From Eledone cirrhosa (lineage: Eukaryota), in contig OZ024743.1 of assembly GCA_964016885.1 (NCBI GenBank), positions 62,744,001-62,808,000 of the forward strand: DNA of 64,000 bases, given 5' to 3'. The notes below the pieces were generated by a model that worked only from the letters and a program-made list of their open reading frames with translations, did no database searches and was not told the DNA's origin. Of the stretch, positions 1 through 12,445 are shown in pieces. Numbering within the stretch: the stretch's first letter is position 1; every line of letters starts with the position of its first letter. The translations under genes were made by a program, and so were the position numbers.

Positions 1-1987
1 TGACGATGCATTGTTTGTGATTAACTCTAGCACCAACAACGTCGAGCATAATAAGAAGAAGCTTTATAAGTTTTTTAAAAGCTATAACCTTTCGATCACG
101 ATAGATAGAAATGATAGAGCGGTCAACTTTTTAGATGTGACTTTGGACTTGGTCACTAATAGTTTTAAACCCTTCCATAAGCCTAATGAAATACTTTCTT
201 ATGTTAGTCCCAATTCTAACCACCCCAAATCTATGATAAGCTCTATAATTAATGGTGTATCTAATAGGATTTCCACACTCTCTAAGGACGTAGGAACATT
301 TAATGCACATTCAGAGTACTATAATAATGCCCTAGCTAATTCCGGTTACTCTGGTAAAATACATTATAATAATAGTAACCTTAGAAAGTCTCCGCTTACT
401 TATAATAATAATAACATAATATCCCATAATATGGCCATGAATGGGAGTAGAAAGCATAAGAATCGTAGAAATCACATAGGTGTATCTGAACCCATCCATA
501 AGTTAAGCCACCAGACTCGTAATAGTGAATCTAATACTTCAAGGAATCAAGTCGAGCCCTCTGAGCGCTCACTCAGTGGTAATGATTTTGCTAAATCTAA
601 TTCTAATAGTGTTGTTTCTACTGATCCTATTATTAGCCCTAATCCTTTTAATATGTTTCCAGATAGCAGCAGATATACTAATGGTAGTAACAGAAAGAGA
701 CTTGGAGATTTTGGAGATTTTGATTACTTAAACCATAGCTAATTTTGTATTGACTTATTATGTATTTTAAATACTTTCAATATTAATTAATTTAATAGGG
801 TTTTCTAGTCATTTATCTGGGTTTGTTTCCTAATTTTTTTACTTAACTGCATGTGACACCTAAGTAAATACTTTTGTTTTTGTTTTTCGATTTCCGGTTG
901 ATTTTATTTATATATTTATACGACCGTGCGTAGTTTTATATCTGGTTCTTATTCACTTATTCACAAATGTCTGTCCACCAACCACGTAATTATGTATATT
1001 ATACTATGTTCAATATTTATATTGAAATTTTTATATCATTCCACTCTTTGTAAACGTACTACTGATCTTTATTATTTACCAATTATTAAATGTACCATTA
1101 TGTTATGTTAAATTTTGTAAATTCTGTAATATGTTTATATTTTTATAATTTTTGTAATGTTTGGATAATATTTATTTACACCAATTGTAGAGAAATGTGA
1201 CCTCCATCTGTTTTCTTGCAATGGTTTTGATATTTTTCCAACATAATTTAGCTCTGTACAATATTTTTTCTCACCCGGTCTGTAACTCTATATGATTTGT
1301 TAAGTTATATGCCATTATATTATAATATTGTTATTATAGTGTTATTGTAACATTTATATTGTTTGTGCAAATTAACCGGAGATTATCTATTATATAATTA
1401 TATAGTTTATTATATATTATATGTTTACTTTTAATCATTTCTTCTTCATTTTATACTGTAAATAATATATGTATTATATTTTTATTTTTATTCTTATTAT
1501 TCTTATTTAAACTCTTAATAAGGGTTAGTTTGTGCTTGTATTGATGGAAATGTGTATTGATATATATGTATATATGTGTACATATGTATATATATATATA
1601 TATATATGTATATTGGGCCTTTTAATATTATTATTATTATTATCATTATCAATTATATTATATTATATTATATTATATTATATATAGTACAATAATTCCC
1701 GCTTTATATCACCACTTGTGGTTAGCTTTAGTTTTTGCATTGGACTATATTTGTAATATGGTTCAAAATGATATTCAATTCCTTAGCAATTTTTACTTGA
1801 TAATTTTTACCCGATAATTTTCCTATGCTTTAATGTATGTACACTCCATATTCTTCTGAGTTTTGGGCTTGTATTGGCCGATAGTGCTTCTTATAGCTTT
1901 AATATCCCTGATGAGTCCTTAATAGGACGAAACATTGTTGGCTAATAAAGACTTTTGATGTATTGAAGGCTTCTTTGTTTTATTTTC

Positions 1988-1990
<3 letters not shown>
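1..1990 (+). mobile_element. Penelope-like retroelement, 3' part: RT C-terminus/thumb (ORF to 742) then AT-rich pLTR-like tail with hammerhead, ending at (TA)n
   Basis: Frame reads DDALF...VNFLDVTLDL...FKPFHKPN...YVSPNSNHPKS...RISTLS...YNNALANSGY, typical of PLE RT motif C through the thumb. Hammerhead motif at 1897-1950; abuts (TA)n at 1991. Confidence 0.8.
1897..1950 (+). ncRNA. Minimal type I hammerhead ribozyme (PLE-associated)
   Basis: Stem I ctttaatatcc/ggctaataaag (9/11 pairs); CTGATGA 1908-1914; stem II GTCC-ttaata-GGAC; GAAA; stem III AC-att-GT; cleavage triplet GUU, predicted cut after 1939. Confidence 0.8.
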
Positions 1991-2034
<44 letters not shown>

Positions 2035-3171
2035 ATGTGTATATGATTGTATGTATAATGATAGTGAATCCACAAGGGATCTTGAGTATTGGCAACATGT
2101 GGCACTAGAGATGATGAGCATGCTCATATAAGCACAATATTCCCAATACTCCACACCATTATACACATGTTCTGATTTGATCTGACCTGTTCACACCACC
2201 CCTCTAACGTCACTATTTAGTAACCCTCCTCATCATTACTGTATCCCCTTCCCTAGCCTTGCAGTGTTAAACTTCCTGTCACACTTGCCAGAGCTGCTAA
2301 GTAGCTGTTTCCATCATTACTCTACCCCTCCTCTCTCCTCCTACATCACCCTGTTACCCCCCCCCCCCACTTGTCATAAACCTGTCACATAGTCCCTCAT
2401 CCTTTCACCATTTATTGTCACATACCCATGCCATCATACTTATAACCCTTCTTACACCCCTTCCCATTCTATTTTCACTCCTTGGGACAAGCCCCCCCCC
2501 CCCGTGCTTGTACTAAAATAAAATGCACTCAATACTCTCTGTAAAGTGGTTAGTATTATGAAAGGCATTGAACTGTAGAAAACTTTCCAGAGTGTTAATG
2601 ATATACAGAGCAACCTCAGTTCATGAACACCTCTCATCACCACCATAAACACAAACAATTTTTTACAACATAAAATCTCTTGATTGACAAGGTGTCTCCA
2701 GTAACAAACAGCAAGCCACCAACAACAGGTGGTGACAAATTTGGAGTATTGACAAGAAAGCTCACTTGTTCTGTAGTTAGTTACTATGGTGATATCTATC
2801 TGTCTTTCACACACAGTATCCCTCTTACTATATTTCTCTATCATATTTCACATGTGAAAAATAGTTTCAGTTTACGGGGATTCATATGCCCTTATATTAG
2901 ACTATTTTCTATAGTTAATATACAGGGAAAGCTTCTAATTCTATTTTCAAAAATGTTTAATTGCTACCATATTCTAACACACATCCTTATGATATATATA
3001 TATAATAAAAGTATGTGTTCCTACATGTAAATAATACACATAGGGATACAAGTATAGTCCGACCGTATGGTTATGTGGTTCAATGAAACTGCGGTAAAGG
3101 CACATAGTAAGTACAGTGAATTTTTTGTAATTTATTTAAAATTTTTTTCTTTATTTGCTTTCCCTTGATTT

Positions 3172-3239
<68 letters not shown>

Positions 3240-3240
<1 letters not shown>

Positions 3241-4620
3241 AAAATATGGTTTCAAAAATGCAATCACTGACCTTTCGTTTATTTAGAGGGTTTCTGTATT
3301 AATGTGCCAAGTAATTTGATAATTATTTATATTTCTGTTTACTTTTACCGGTTTCAGCTGTATTGACAGCCTTTTCAAAGGGATTTTTGTTACAGTCTTT
3401 TGAAAAATGTTTTTTATTTATGTTTATCTCACATGGTTGGTCCCTTTTGTTTTTGTTGAACATAAAGGACACAGCTGGTTTTATTATTGTCACCTATATT
3501 GAGGAGAATATGGTTCATTACAATATTACAATGGACATAACTCAGGCTTTTTTTTTAGATACATTTTTTTTTAAAGCGTGTAAAAAATTGAATTTTGGTT
3601 GGAATTTAGTTCCTTTACACTTTATAATGTATATTAGATTCTCCGAGTTGCAAGAGAGCCCATTTTTAATTTTCAAGATGGGATCATCTTTGAAATTAAA
3701 TTCATTGCCCTTTAACTGATAGTTGCATACTCCATAGTGAGGTTGATTGCACCTTTTTACTTCAGGTCCTTAAGTACCCAAACTTAAAAGCAGTTCTGCA
3801 TTCATTAGTATCTTTTTTAGTGATTTTAGTTGTTTACTTTTTATGATTGGGTGTTTTTGTAAGATGTTTTTCATTTTATGGCTTTGATTCTGTAATTGTG
3901 TGGAATGTTACTGTATAGGTTCAAAACATCTAATGAGACCATGTAAGTGTTTTGGCTAAAATTATCTGGTAGATGGTTGAGAAAATCTAAATCATCTCAT
4001 GTGAAACTCTGAATGTGTTCGAAGAGAGGTATCAATAAAATGTCTAAGAAATTACTTAGGCAGTTTGTTTTGCAAATTGGGTCTGCTATAAGTCTTAGTT
4101 TTAAGTCAATTGGTATGGGTATATTAACTCAATTGGTTTTCACCATTTTGTATGTTTCATTAATTAATTTACATTTATGTACTTTTGGCAAACCTTAGAA
4201 ATTACTTATTTTACATCTAAAATGAGTGAGATACTCTAATTCTTTAGCAGTTAGGCAGTTTTGGCGTGGGTGTAGTAAATTAATGAGTTGTTTCATCACT
4301 TTATAGTTTGTAGTCTTTGGCTTTTTCATAGTGTGTATCCTGTAGCATACTTTGTACCATGTTGTTGTAATGTTTAGTGTCTATAATGACAACAGTGCCT
4401 CCTTTGTCGGCTTATTTTATGATAATGTTTTGTCCTATTTCAGATTGTTTAAATGTTCTTTGTTGTCTGGTAAAGTTGGACTTTGTGGCTTTCTCAGTTT
4501 GTCAAGTGAGTCCTTTATTTAGAATGTCTATTTGTGTGGGTGTTAGCAATTTATGCGAGAGATTGCTTATTTTCGGTTTCTCATGACAGTGGTCCATCCT
4601 GTATACTGGTTTCTCTCTAA
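3240..4620 (-). mobile_element. Decayed Penelope-like element (RT N-terminal part plus GIY-YIG endonuclease remnant)
   Basis: Minus strand reads IIIK*ADKGGTVVIID (~4378-4428), LSNFLD (~4043-4060) and KIKNGLSCNSENLIYIIKCKG (~3612-3674; PLE GIY-YIG start). Many stops; ends at (TA)n 3175-3237. Confidence 0.7.
3342..3382 (-). ncRNA. Degenerate hammerhead ribozyme remnant
   Basis: Minus strand ccct-TTGAAAA-ggctgt-caat-acagct-GAAA-ccgGTA-aaag. Stem II and the palindromic ACCGGT stem III are intact, the CUGANGA core is mutated. Lies just 3' of the GIY-YIG remnant. Confidence 0.5.
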
Positions 4621-4716
4621 AAAATGGTTTATTAGGATAGTTTCTCTATATTATTCCTACAGTCAGTATTTTTTATGTTGTGCTTTTTGTAATTATTGTG
4701 TATATCCGTATATATA

Positions 4717-4794
4717 CAGGATGTCCCCCAAAAATGTATACACACTTCAACAGCATTCTCATCAAAGTGTATATACATTTTGGGGGACACCCTG
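4717..4794. mobile_element. Tc1/mariner-type MITE (palindromic, TA TSD)
   Basis: TA-caggatgtcccccaaaaatgtatacacactt...aagtgtatatacattttgggggacaccctg-TA; related copy at 52411-52511. Confidence 0.8.
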
Positions 4795-5659
4795 TATGTA
4801 TGTGTGTGTGATGGATTCCCATGCAGTTTACACCTATCGAATTTCATCAAGCTATGGCTACAGTAGAAGACACTCGAGTAAGATGTAACAGAGTGGAACC
4901 AAACCTAAAACAACAGAATTACAAAGCAGATTTCTTAACCAGACAACCATGTCAGCACACCCGCCTCTGTGTGTGTGTGTATTTAATAGCTATACATAAA
5001 ATTCAATACAACTAGACAAAGGCAAGAAATGGGGGGAAGGAAGGAGGATGAGTTATTCTCAGCACAGTTTCGTGATATTAGGAAACCAGAGGAAGTAAGA
5101 AGACTGAGGGAGAGAGAAGGGAAAGAAAAAGTACAATATTTATAACACTGATTGCCTAGCTCACTGAACATTACAGCTTGTTCTAGTAATATCTTGTGTC
5201 TAGTATTGTATCAGATGTATCAGACTAACAGGTGACCAAGGAGTCATGTAACACCATTTAAAATATATTCACACACATTCTTTCTAATACAGGATAAGGA
5301 TGGGATGTGTGTATGTGGGGTGACGTCTGAGTGGGCTCAATCATAGGCTCCACAATATTTGAAGAGCCTCAAATTATTATTATTTTTTTTAAAACTGGGA
5401 CCCTGTCCTATATTTCCTTAATCCTCCCCCAGCACTCACAAACACAAACAATAAATACAAATTTAGTCAAATAAATACATAACACATTTATATATGCAAC
5501 ATAACACACACACAACATTCACACAAGACACAAACGAACAATGGACCTCCGTCAGTTTCAATGATGAATGTTCCAGTTGTTTGATTCAATAGAACAGTCT
5601 GCTCATTATATTAACATGTAAATGGCAGATCATTCCACAGACCCCTTAACTTGTACCCT

Positions 5660-5743
5660 TAACTTAATTCTCAAGGAGATTCAACGTGACTATGTGACAC
5701 AGCAGGCCCATAGTCACGTTGAATCTCCCTGATAATTAAGTTA
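5660..5743. repeat. 35-bp inverted repeat (fold-back in a SINE-like repeat tail)
   Basis: Arms 5660-5694 and 5709-5743 pair at 33/35 positions with a 14-nt loop. An unfolded related sequence is at ~30590-30690 (minus). Confidence 0.85.
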
Positions 5744-6769
5744 CAGTCCATCTGATGGGTTCCCAAATAGCTATAGTCTACCCAATTACATTCACAAGGT
5801 ATGGGTAGACTCTAGGTTATAGTAAATGGTATTTGTCCAAGATGATGCAGTGGAATCAAACCAAGGAGCAAATGACTGTGAAGCTAACTTATTAACTACT
5901 AGCCGAATTACCCGCGCCTTGCACATTTTTTGTAAGAAAATGATGATTGATTTTAAATCAGTGATATAATTTATGGAGAAAAACTGGGCAGAAAAATTGG
6001 AAAACATTATTTTTTGTAATAATCAAAATTTCATTATTAAATCTTATTCTTATTTTGTTTCTTGTAAATAATTTTTTTCTAAATATCAATTCAAAACTTG
6101 ATCATTTCATTTTTGTGTAAAGCATTATTTTCAAATTAGAAATTCAAATTTGCATTATTCAAGTTATGGGCTTCCAAAATTTTCACTATAGGGGTTTAAC
6201 CCCCATTAGGGTGTCTTAATATTATTGAAATTTGCTGAAATTTTGTGAATTCATACCTTGTCATTTACCTATGGTTTAAATTTTATATAAATCGAAGGGA
6301 AAAGATTTTCAGCAGGGATTTGTGCCCCAGGAGAACCCTTTGATTAAAATGAAATATACTTATCCAAGTACCCTGGGCAATGTAGTTTCAGAATATATAT
6401 GGTTATGGTGGGAAGGGGGGGGGGGGGCTATCTTCAAAACCATAGGAGTTTGTGAACAAACAAACAAAAAAAAAACAGACAGAAACTACAACTTTATATA
6501 TATTCAGTTATGTTGCCTCTACACAACACACATAAGTACACACATGTAACAGTGTATATAGAGCAATCAATATTACAATATTACGAAGTTGGTCAAATGT
6601 TTAAGTATGGTTAAGTAATTCATTTCACAACTACATAGTTCTGAGTTCAGTCCTGCTGCACAGCTCCTTGGGTTGAACAATGCCTTGTGAGTGGAATTTG
6701 GTAGATAAAAATTTTCTTAACAAGATGTTGGTCTTCTTTTATTATACAACTAGCTGAAACCCGGTAGTA

Positions 6770-7022
6770 ATATATGCTTATGCCATATTTGACTAAACAG
6801 AATTAGTCCGTCAGTTGGGATTTTTACCATTACACCAACACGCCACCCATGCTTCCCTCCATTCAATTAGAAGCTATATAACCATAGCAGGTATATATAT
6901 GTATATAAATAAGGAGACACAAAGTAGGCTTTGTTTACAAACTAGCGAATTTGAGAATTAGGTAGTAACATGTGCTTACGCCGTATTTGACTAAACAGAA
7001 TTAGTCTGTTAGTTGGGATTTA
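6770..7022 (+). repeat. ~50-bp direct repeat, two copies ~200 bp apart
   Basis: tgctta(t/c)gcc(a/g)tatttgactaaacagaattagtc..t.agttgggattt at ~6775 and ~6973. Confidence 0.75.
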
Positions 7023-7141
7023 AAAAAACCCTCCGAATGGAAAAAAGGACGAGTATTGATGCACTGGGACACAAACCCACATCGTTAGTTTGCCGATCCA
7101 ATGTGTTATATATATACATATGTTTGTGTGTGTGTGTGTGT

Positions 7142-7184
<43 letters not shown>

Positions 7185-7744
7185 GTGTGTGTGTGCATAT
7201 ATCTCTCTATATAAAATTCTTTGTGTCTGTTCCTATGCATTCTCTAATGGCTGGACCAAATCAAATCAAATTTTACAAGTATTAGACCCTGGGAGTGTCA
7301 ACATGTAATTTTTATTTGGATTAAAACAATAGCAAACAACACGACGTCACATTTTGTATATGCATATGTGCGTCTGTGAGTGTGTTTGTGCACGTTCCTT
7401 AGGTACGTTATTAACACACACACACACACATCTACACATACATGTACATATGTAGCGACTGACAAAAAAATTAGGTAAAAAGCTATGTGTGTGTCTGCGT
7501 GAATGTATGTCTTAGTATATGTATGCGAGAGTGTATGTGTGTGTGAGTGTGTAGCAACAATTTATTCATTGGGTTACCAACAACAAATTACACAATGAAT
7601 ACTGTTTACCCTAAGGTGTTTCAAGATTGACAGATTTTCATTTCTAAATTCTATTATCATTACAATTTTGATATTTTTTGGAAATAATTATGAGAAAAGA
7701 ACATATCTTCATATTATTTACTAATCTGAATAAGAACAGCAGTA

Positions 7745-7772
7745 ACCCGGGCAACGCCGGGTAATTCAGCTA

Positions 7773-7773
<1 letters not shown>
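7745..7773 (+). mobile_element. Helitron-like 3' terminus (hairpin plus degenerate CTAG)
   Basis: acccgggcaacgccgggt hairpin followed by aattcagcta; the same motif occurs inverted at 17189-17217 and degenerate at ~5899-5922. Confidence 0.55.
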
Positions 7774-7815
<42 letters not shown>

Positions 7816-8059
7816 AAATATTAGCGAAGGCCATATGAAGCATCACTGATTGGAGAGTGGATGCACAACTCTAATCGGTTAACACATAAAAATTATCTCT
7901 ATATAAAAAAATAAAGAAAACTATATATATAATACTCTTTCACACACAATATATATACAAATGTGTATATCTTTTCACTACTCTTGTCTTCTCTACTTCA
8001 CAACCCTCACACACACTTTCTCATGTCTCTTCTATAATTTCCCAGTCATTTTCCCCATG

Positions 8060-8470
8060 AATTTCTTAACGACTATCAACGTTCTCTGACTAGTAGGTCT
8101 TACTTCTCGTTCTGTCTTCCTCTCTCTCTCTCTCTTTCTTAGTACAAACCTTCACTTTCAATTTCTTAACGACTACCAACGTCTTTTGTCTAGTAGGCCT
8201 TACTTCTCATTCTGTCTTCCTCTGTTTATTTCTCTCTCTCTCTCTTTCTTAGTACAAACCTTCACTCTGTCAATTTCTTAACAACTACCAATGTCCGCCG
8301 TCTAGTAGATCTCACCTCTCATTCTCTGTGTCTTTGCAGCTCTCTTACACTCCCTCTTTCAGTGCCATGATATTACCTCTTACTATTGCTTCCTCGCGTT
8401 TCCATCAAATTCTTAACAACTACCAGCATCCTCCGTCTAGTAGGTCTCATCTCTTATTTTCTCTCTCTCC
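8060..8470 (+). repeat. Degenerate tandem repeat, 4 units of ~100-135 bp
   Basis: aatttcttaacgactaccaacgtc...ctagtaggtcttacttctc unit at ~8060, 8160, 8272 and 8408, separated by (CT)n. Confidence 0.8.
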
Positions 8471-8499
8471 CACCCGCTGTCTGTGTATCTACCTCTTAG

Positions 8500-8815
8500 C
8501 ATTTCTCTCTCATTGTCCCATTGCCTCTTACTGCTGCCTCTGCACTTTCAGCATCTTTTTTCTTCCACAATCTTCATTTCTCGTGTTGAGATTTTCTGTA
8601 AGAATTCTACCGAACGAGAAATTACTTCAGCCCAACCCCCAGAAGCTCTTCTCGCCGCAAGAAAAAAGAAAAAAAAACATATTTTCTTCATCATTTACTT
8701 CCATAATTAATATGCTATAATAATAACAATAATAATATTACTATTAATAATAATAATTATCATCATTAGAAATTATTATTTTTGTCTGGGAGAGAGTGTA
8801 AATTTAAAGGTAAGT
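8500..8815 (+). promoter_or_regulatory. Possible non-coding first exon ending in a consensus splice donor
   Basis: AAG|GTAAGT at 8807-8815 follows a non-repetitive, CpG-containing, pyrimidine-rich stretch. Link to the zinc-finger gene acceptor at 34159 is inference only. Confidence 0.35.
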
Positions 8816-10559
8816 TTCTGGCGTGTTGTGAACTAAAAAGGCCATTTCTTTTCTCTTGCATCGCTAATTCTCTCAGTAATTCACAAATTCTTCGTATTGC
8901 TGGTTTCATGTCTGTGTAAAAATCCCTTTTCGTAACTGTATTTCGATTAATTCATGAAGAATTTTGAGGGATTTACTAAAATTATTATTTCATTACTAAG
9001 ATAGTAATTTAACATATAGTTCTTATATAAAATGGCGTTAGAAGATTTTATTATAATTTAATTAGGAACTCTAAAATGGATGATTTGCAGTGAGGAGGGG
9101 GGGGGGGGGGGGGCACACATTTTTTTCCCTTGAACCCGAGGCGATTTTGATCGTGTTGGTATCAAAAGGACCAGCCTAAAATTCTCTAAGTATCTTTTTA
9201 GTTTAGTTTCTCATAATTCTTAATTCAAACTTCAATTCACCTGATTTTCTCAAAATCTGACTCTGCAAGACCTATGTATTAAAAGTGTTCCAGCTACCAG
9301 CCCCGATCTTTTAGAGATCTGACTACGTTGTTCAATGTTTTTTTTTGTTTTGTTTTGTTTTAACTTGCCAGTTTGAGAGAGGTTTTGGCTACTATTTCAT
9401 ACAGGATGATCGACCGCATAAAGGCTAGTTGCTAGACAAAAGGTCAAAGAATTTTTCTAAAAACGAAAACTTTGTTTACAGAAACATAATTTCATATATT
9501 TAATGAATGTTCAAGTAAAAAAATTAAAAAGTTCGAGAGCAGGAATTTTTTTCAGAATTGTAAATATCCAAGTTCAATGAAGTCAACCCTGAGTTCAGTC
9601 AGGCTGCGTGGCACATTGGGAAAATGTCTTCAGCCATTGGAGTGGAATTTTGATAAACGGAAACTATTGAAACCTGTCGTATATGCACCAGTGCTTACGT
9701 TTGTGTCTTTGTCCGTGTTTATGTCCTGTAACTTAAAGGTTCGACAAAAAAAGAAATCAATAAAGAAGTATCAAATTTGAAAGAAAGAAGTACTGGAGTG
9801 GATATGATCGACTAAATCACGGCCCAATAAAAGAATATATATATAAATATAGATGTTGGTTTACTGCTCTCAGTCACTGAACTGACCATTCTGGGGCACA
9901 GATCAGCCGTTGAGTTTTGCACCTATGACATCAACTCCAGCACTTCTTTTATCGATCTGTATCGAATGGCTAGGTCCTACTGTTTAGGTATAAAGGGACG
10001 TGACTTAACGTACTGACACACACGCACACATATATATATATCATCGTTTTTACGTCCGCTTTTCCATGCTTGCATGTGTTGGACATTTTATATATATATA
10101 TATAATCATCACCATCATCACTGTTTAGCGACTATTTTTCATGCTAACATGGGTTAGACGAGTTGTCCCGTTGTGAGACAAGTCAGATCAGGTGATCGTG
10201 CCTTGCTCATAAAGAAATGTTTCTGAATTGGATACTCTTTATCATGGCACCAAAACGACCTTCTGCTAGGTTAGACTGGGTACTGTTTCATCATGTCTCC
10301 AACACAACTTTACAAGGTGGACTAACAGCTTTTTTGCTATTTCAGCAGCATTGAGGGAAAGTGTCCAGTTTTCCATGCTTCTATGCATGAGTTGGACAGA
10401 GGATCTGGAAGGGTAGGAGGTTTGGGGAAGCTTTGGTGTGTGTATTCAGGATAGGGATTGGAGGTGTAGGTATATATATATATTTATATATATTTATATA
10501 TATATATAAATATATATATTTATTTATTTATATTTATTTATATATATATATATATATAT

Positions 10560-11575
10560 AACTTTAACTTTGATAGGTTTTGGCCAGTATTGGCCCAGGC
10601 CATGTCTAACTTAATAGCACCACCTGGCGAAGTCTTACAAATCAGTGTTTGGGCACCATGGCCCACTCGAGCAGAGAGTTATTGTTTACGGAGGCATATC
10701 CGGGTGTAGGAGGCTTATCCAGGATTTATTGAAGGAATTTATCCAAAGACTTCTTGAACTTGATGGGATCTGTTTCTGCTTTGATGTGTCTTGGTATAAT
10801 GTTAAAGAGAGCAGGGCCAATTGTGGTGAAATAATTGTGCCGTATTGTTGTTATGAGATGCGAGTGAGATTTTTGTCGTGGGCGGATAGCACAGGGCCCG
10901 TGTACATTAAAGGTGATGCAACATCATTTGGGCAAAGCTGATGGAATATTTTCCACATCATGCAGATAATGTAGCGCTCACGGCGACGTTGGAGAGAATA
11001 AAGGTTGAGCTTTTCTAATCGACTCCAATAGTCAAGGCCTGTCATGCCAACTATCTTTTTTGTAATTGACCTTTGAGGAGCTTCAACTTTCATGATACTT
11101 TGTTTTGTGCGGGGAGACCACAGTGGACAACAGTATTCAAGGTGGGGTCGGGCAAAAGTGGAGAAGGATAACAGTGTGGATATCTCTCGACTGGAAAGTT
11201 CTGAGAATCCAGGAACACACTCTGCAGGCCATATCAACTTTGCTGTTTATTTGAGTGGCCCAGCTTATGTTGTTGTCCACAATTACTCCCAGGTCTCTGA
11301 TGTTATTGGATGCCACTAGAGTTTCACCCGAAGGAAGAGAGTATGGTAGTTTCAGGGCATCCTTTTTTCCAAAGTGGATTAATTCAAACTTATTCTCATT
11401 CAATAGCATATTATTCATCTCTGCCCATTGGATAAGAGCCAGTAGGTCTGACTTAAGGCAGTCTGGTCACCCACCTCATTGATGACTCTTTGGAGTTTGG
11501 AATCATCTGCAAAGATTCTTATGTTGCTGTGCTTGATGATGTCAGTAATGTCATTAATGTAGATGATGAAAAGAT
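10560..11575 (-). mobile_element. CR1/L2-group LINE, 5'-truncated and frameshifted
   Basis: FIIYINDIT...IFADDSK, IRDLGVIVD, RPHLEYCCPLWSP, LYSLQRRRERY; 3' end aaacctatcaaagttaaag next to (TA)n. Confidence 0.9.
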
Positions 11576-12445
11576 AATATATATATATAATTTATATATA
11601 TATATAATTTATATATATATATAATTTATATATATATATATAATTTATATATATATATATATAATTTATATATATATATATATAATTTATATATATATAT
11701 ATATAATTTATATATATATATATAATTTATATATATATATATATAATTTATATATATATATATAATTTATATATATATATAATTTATATATATATATATA
11801 ATTTATATATATATAATTTATATATATATAATTTATATATATATATAAATTATATATATATATATATATAAATTATATATATATATATATATAAATTATA
11901 TATATATATATATATAAATTATATATATATATATATATAAATTATATATATATATATATAAATTATATATATATATATATAAATTATATATATATATATA
12001 AATTATATATATATATATAAATTATATATATATATAAATTATATATATATATAAATTATATATATATATATATAAATTATATATATATATATATATAAAT
12101 TATATATATATATATATAAATTATATATATATATATATAAATTATATATATATATATATAAATTATATATATATATATAAATTATATATATATATAAATT
12201 ATATATATATATATAAATTATATATATATATATATAAATTATATATATATATATATAAATTATATATATATATATATAAATTATATATATATATATATAT
12301 ATAATTTATAAATATATATATAATTTATATATATATATAATTTATATATATATATAATTTATATATATATATATATATATAATTTAATTTATATATATAT
12401 ATACAATTTATATATATATATATATAAATTATATATATATATATA
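11576..12445. repeat. Interrupted (TA)n array with AATTT/AAATT spacers
   Basis: Seen directly; spacer orientation flips at ~11846 and ~12300. Confidence 0.95.
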
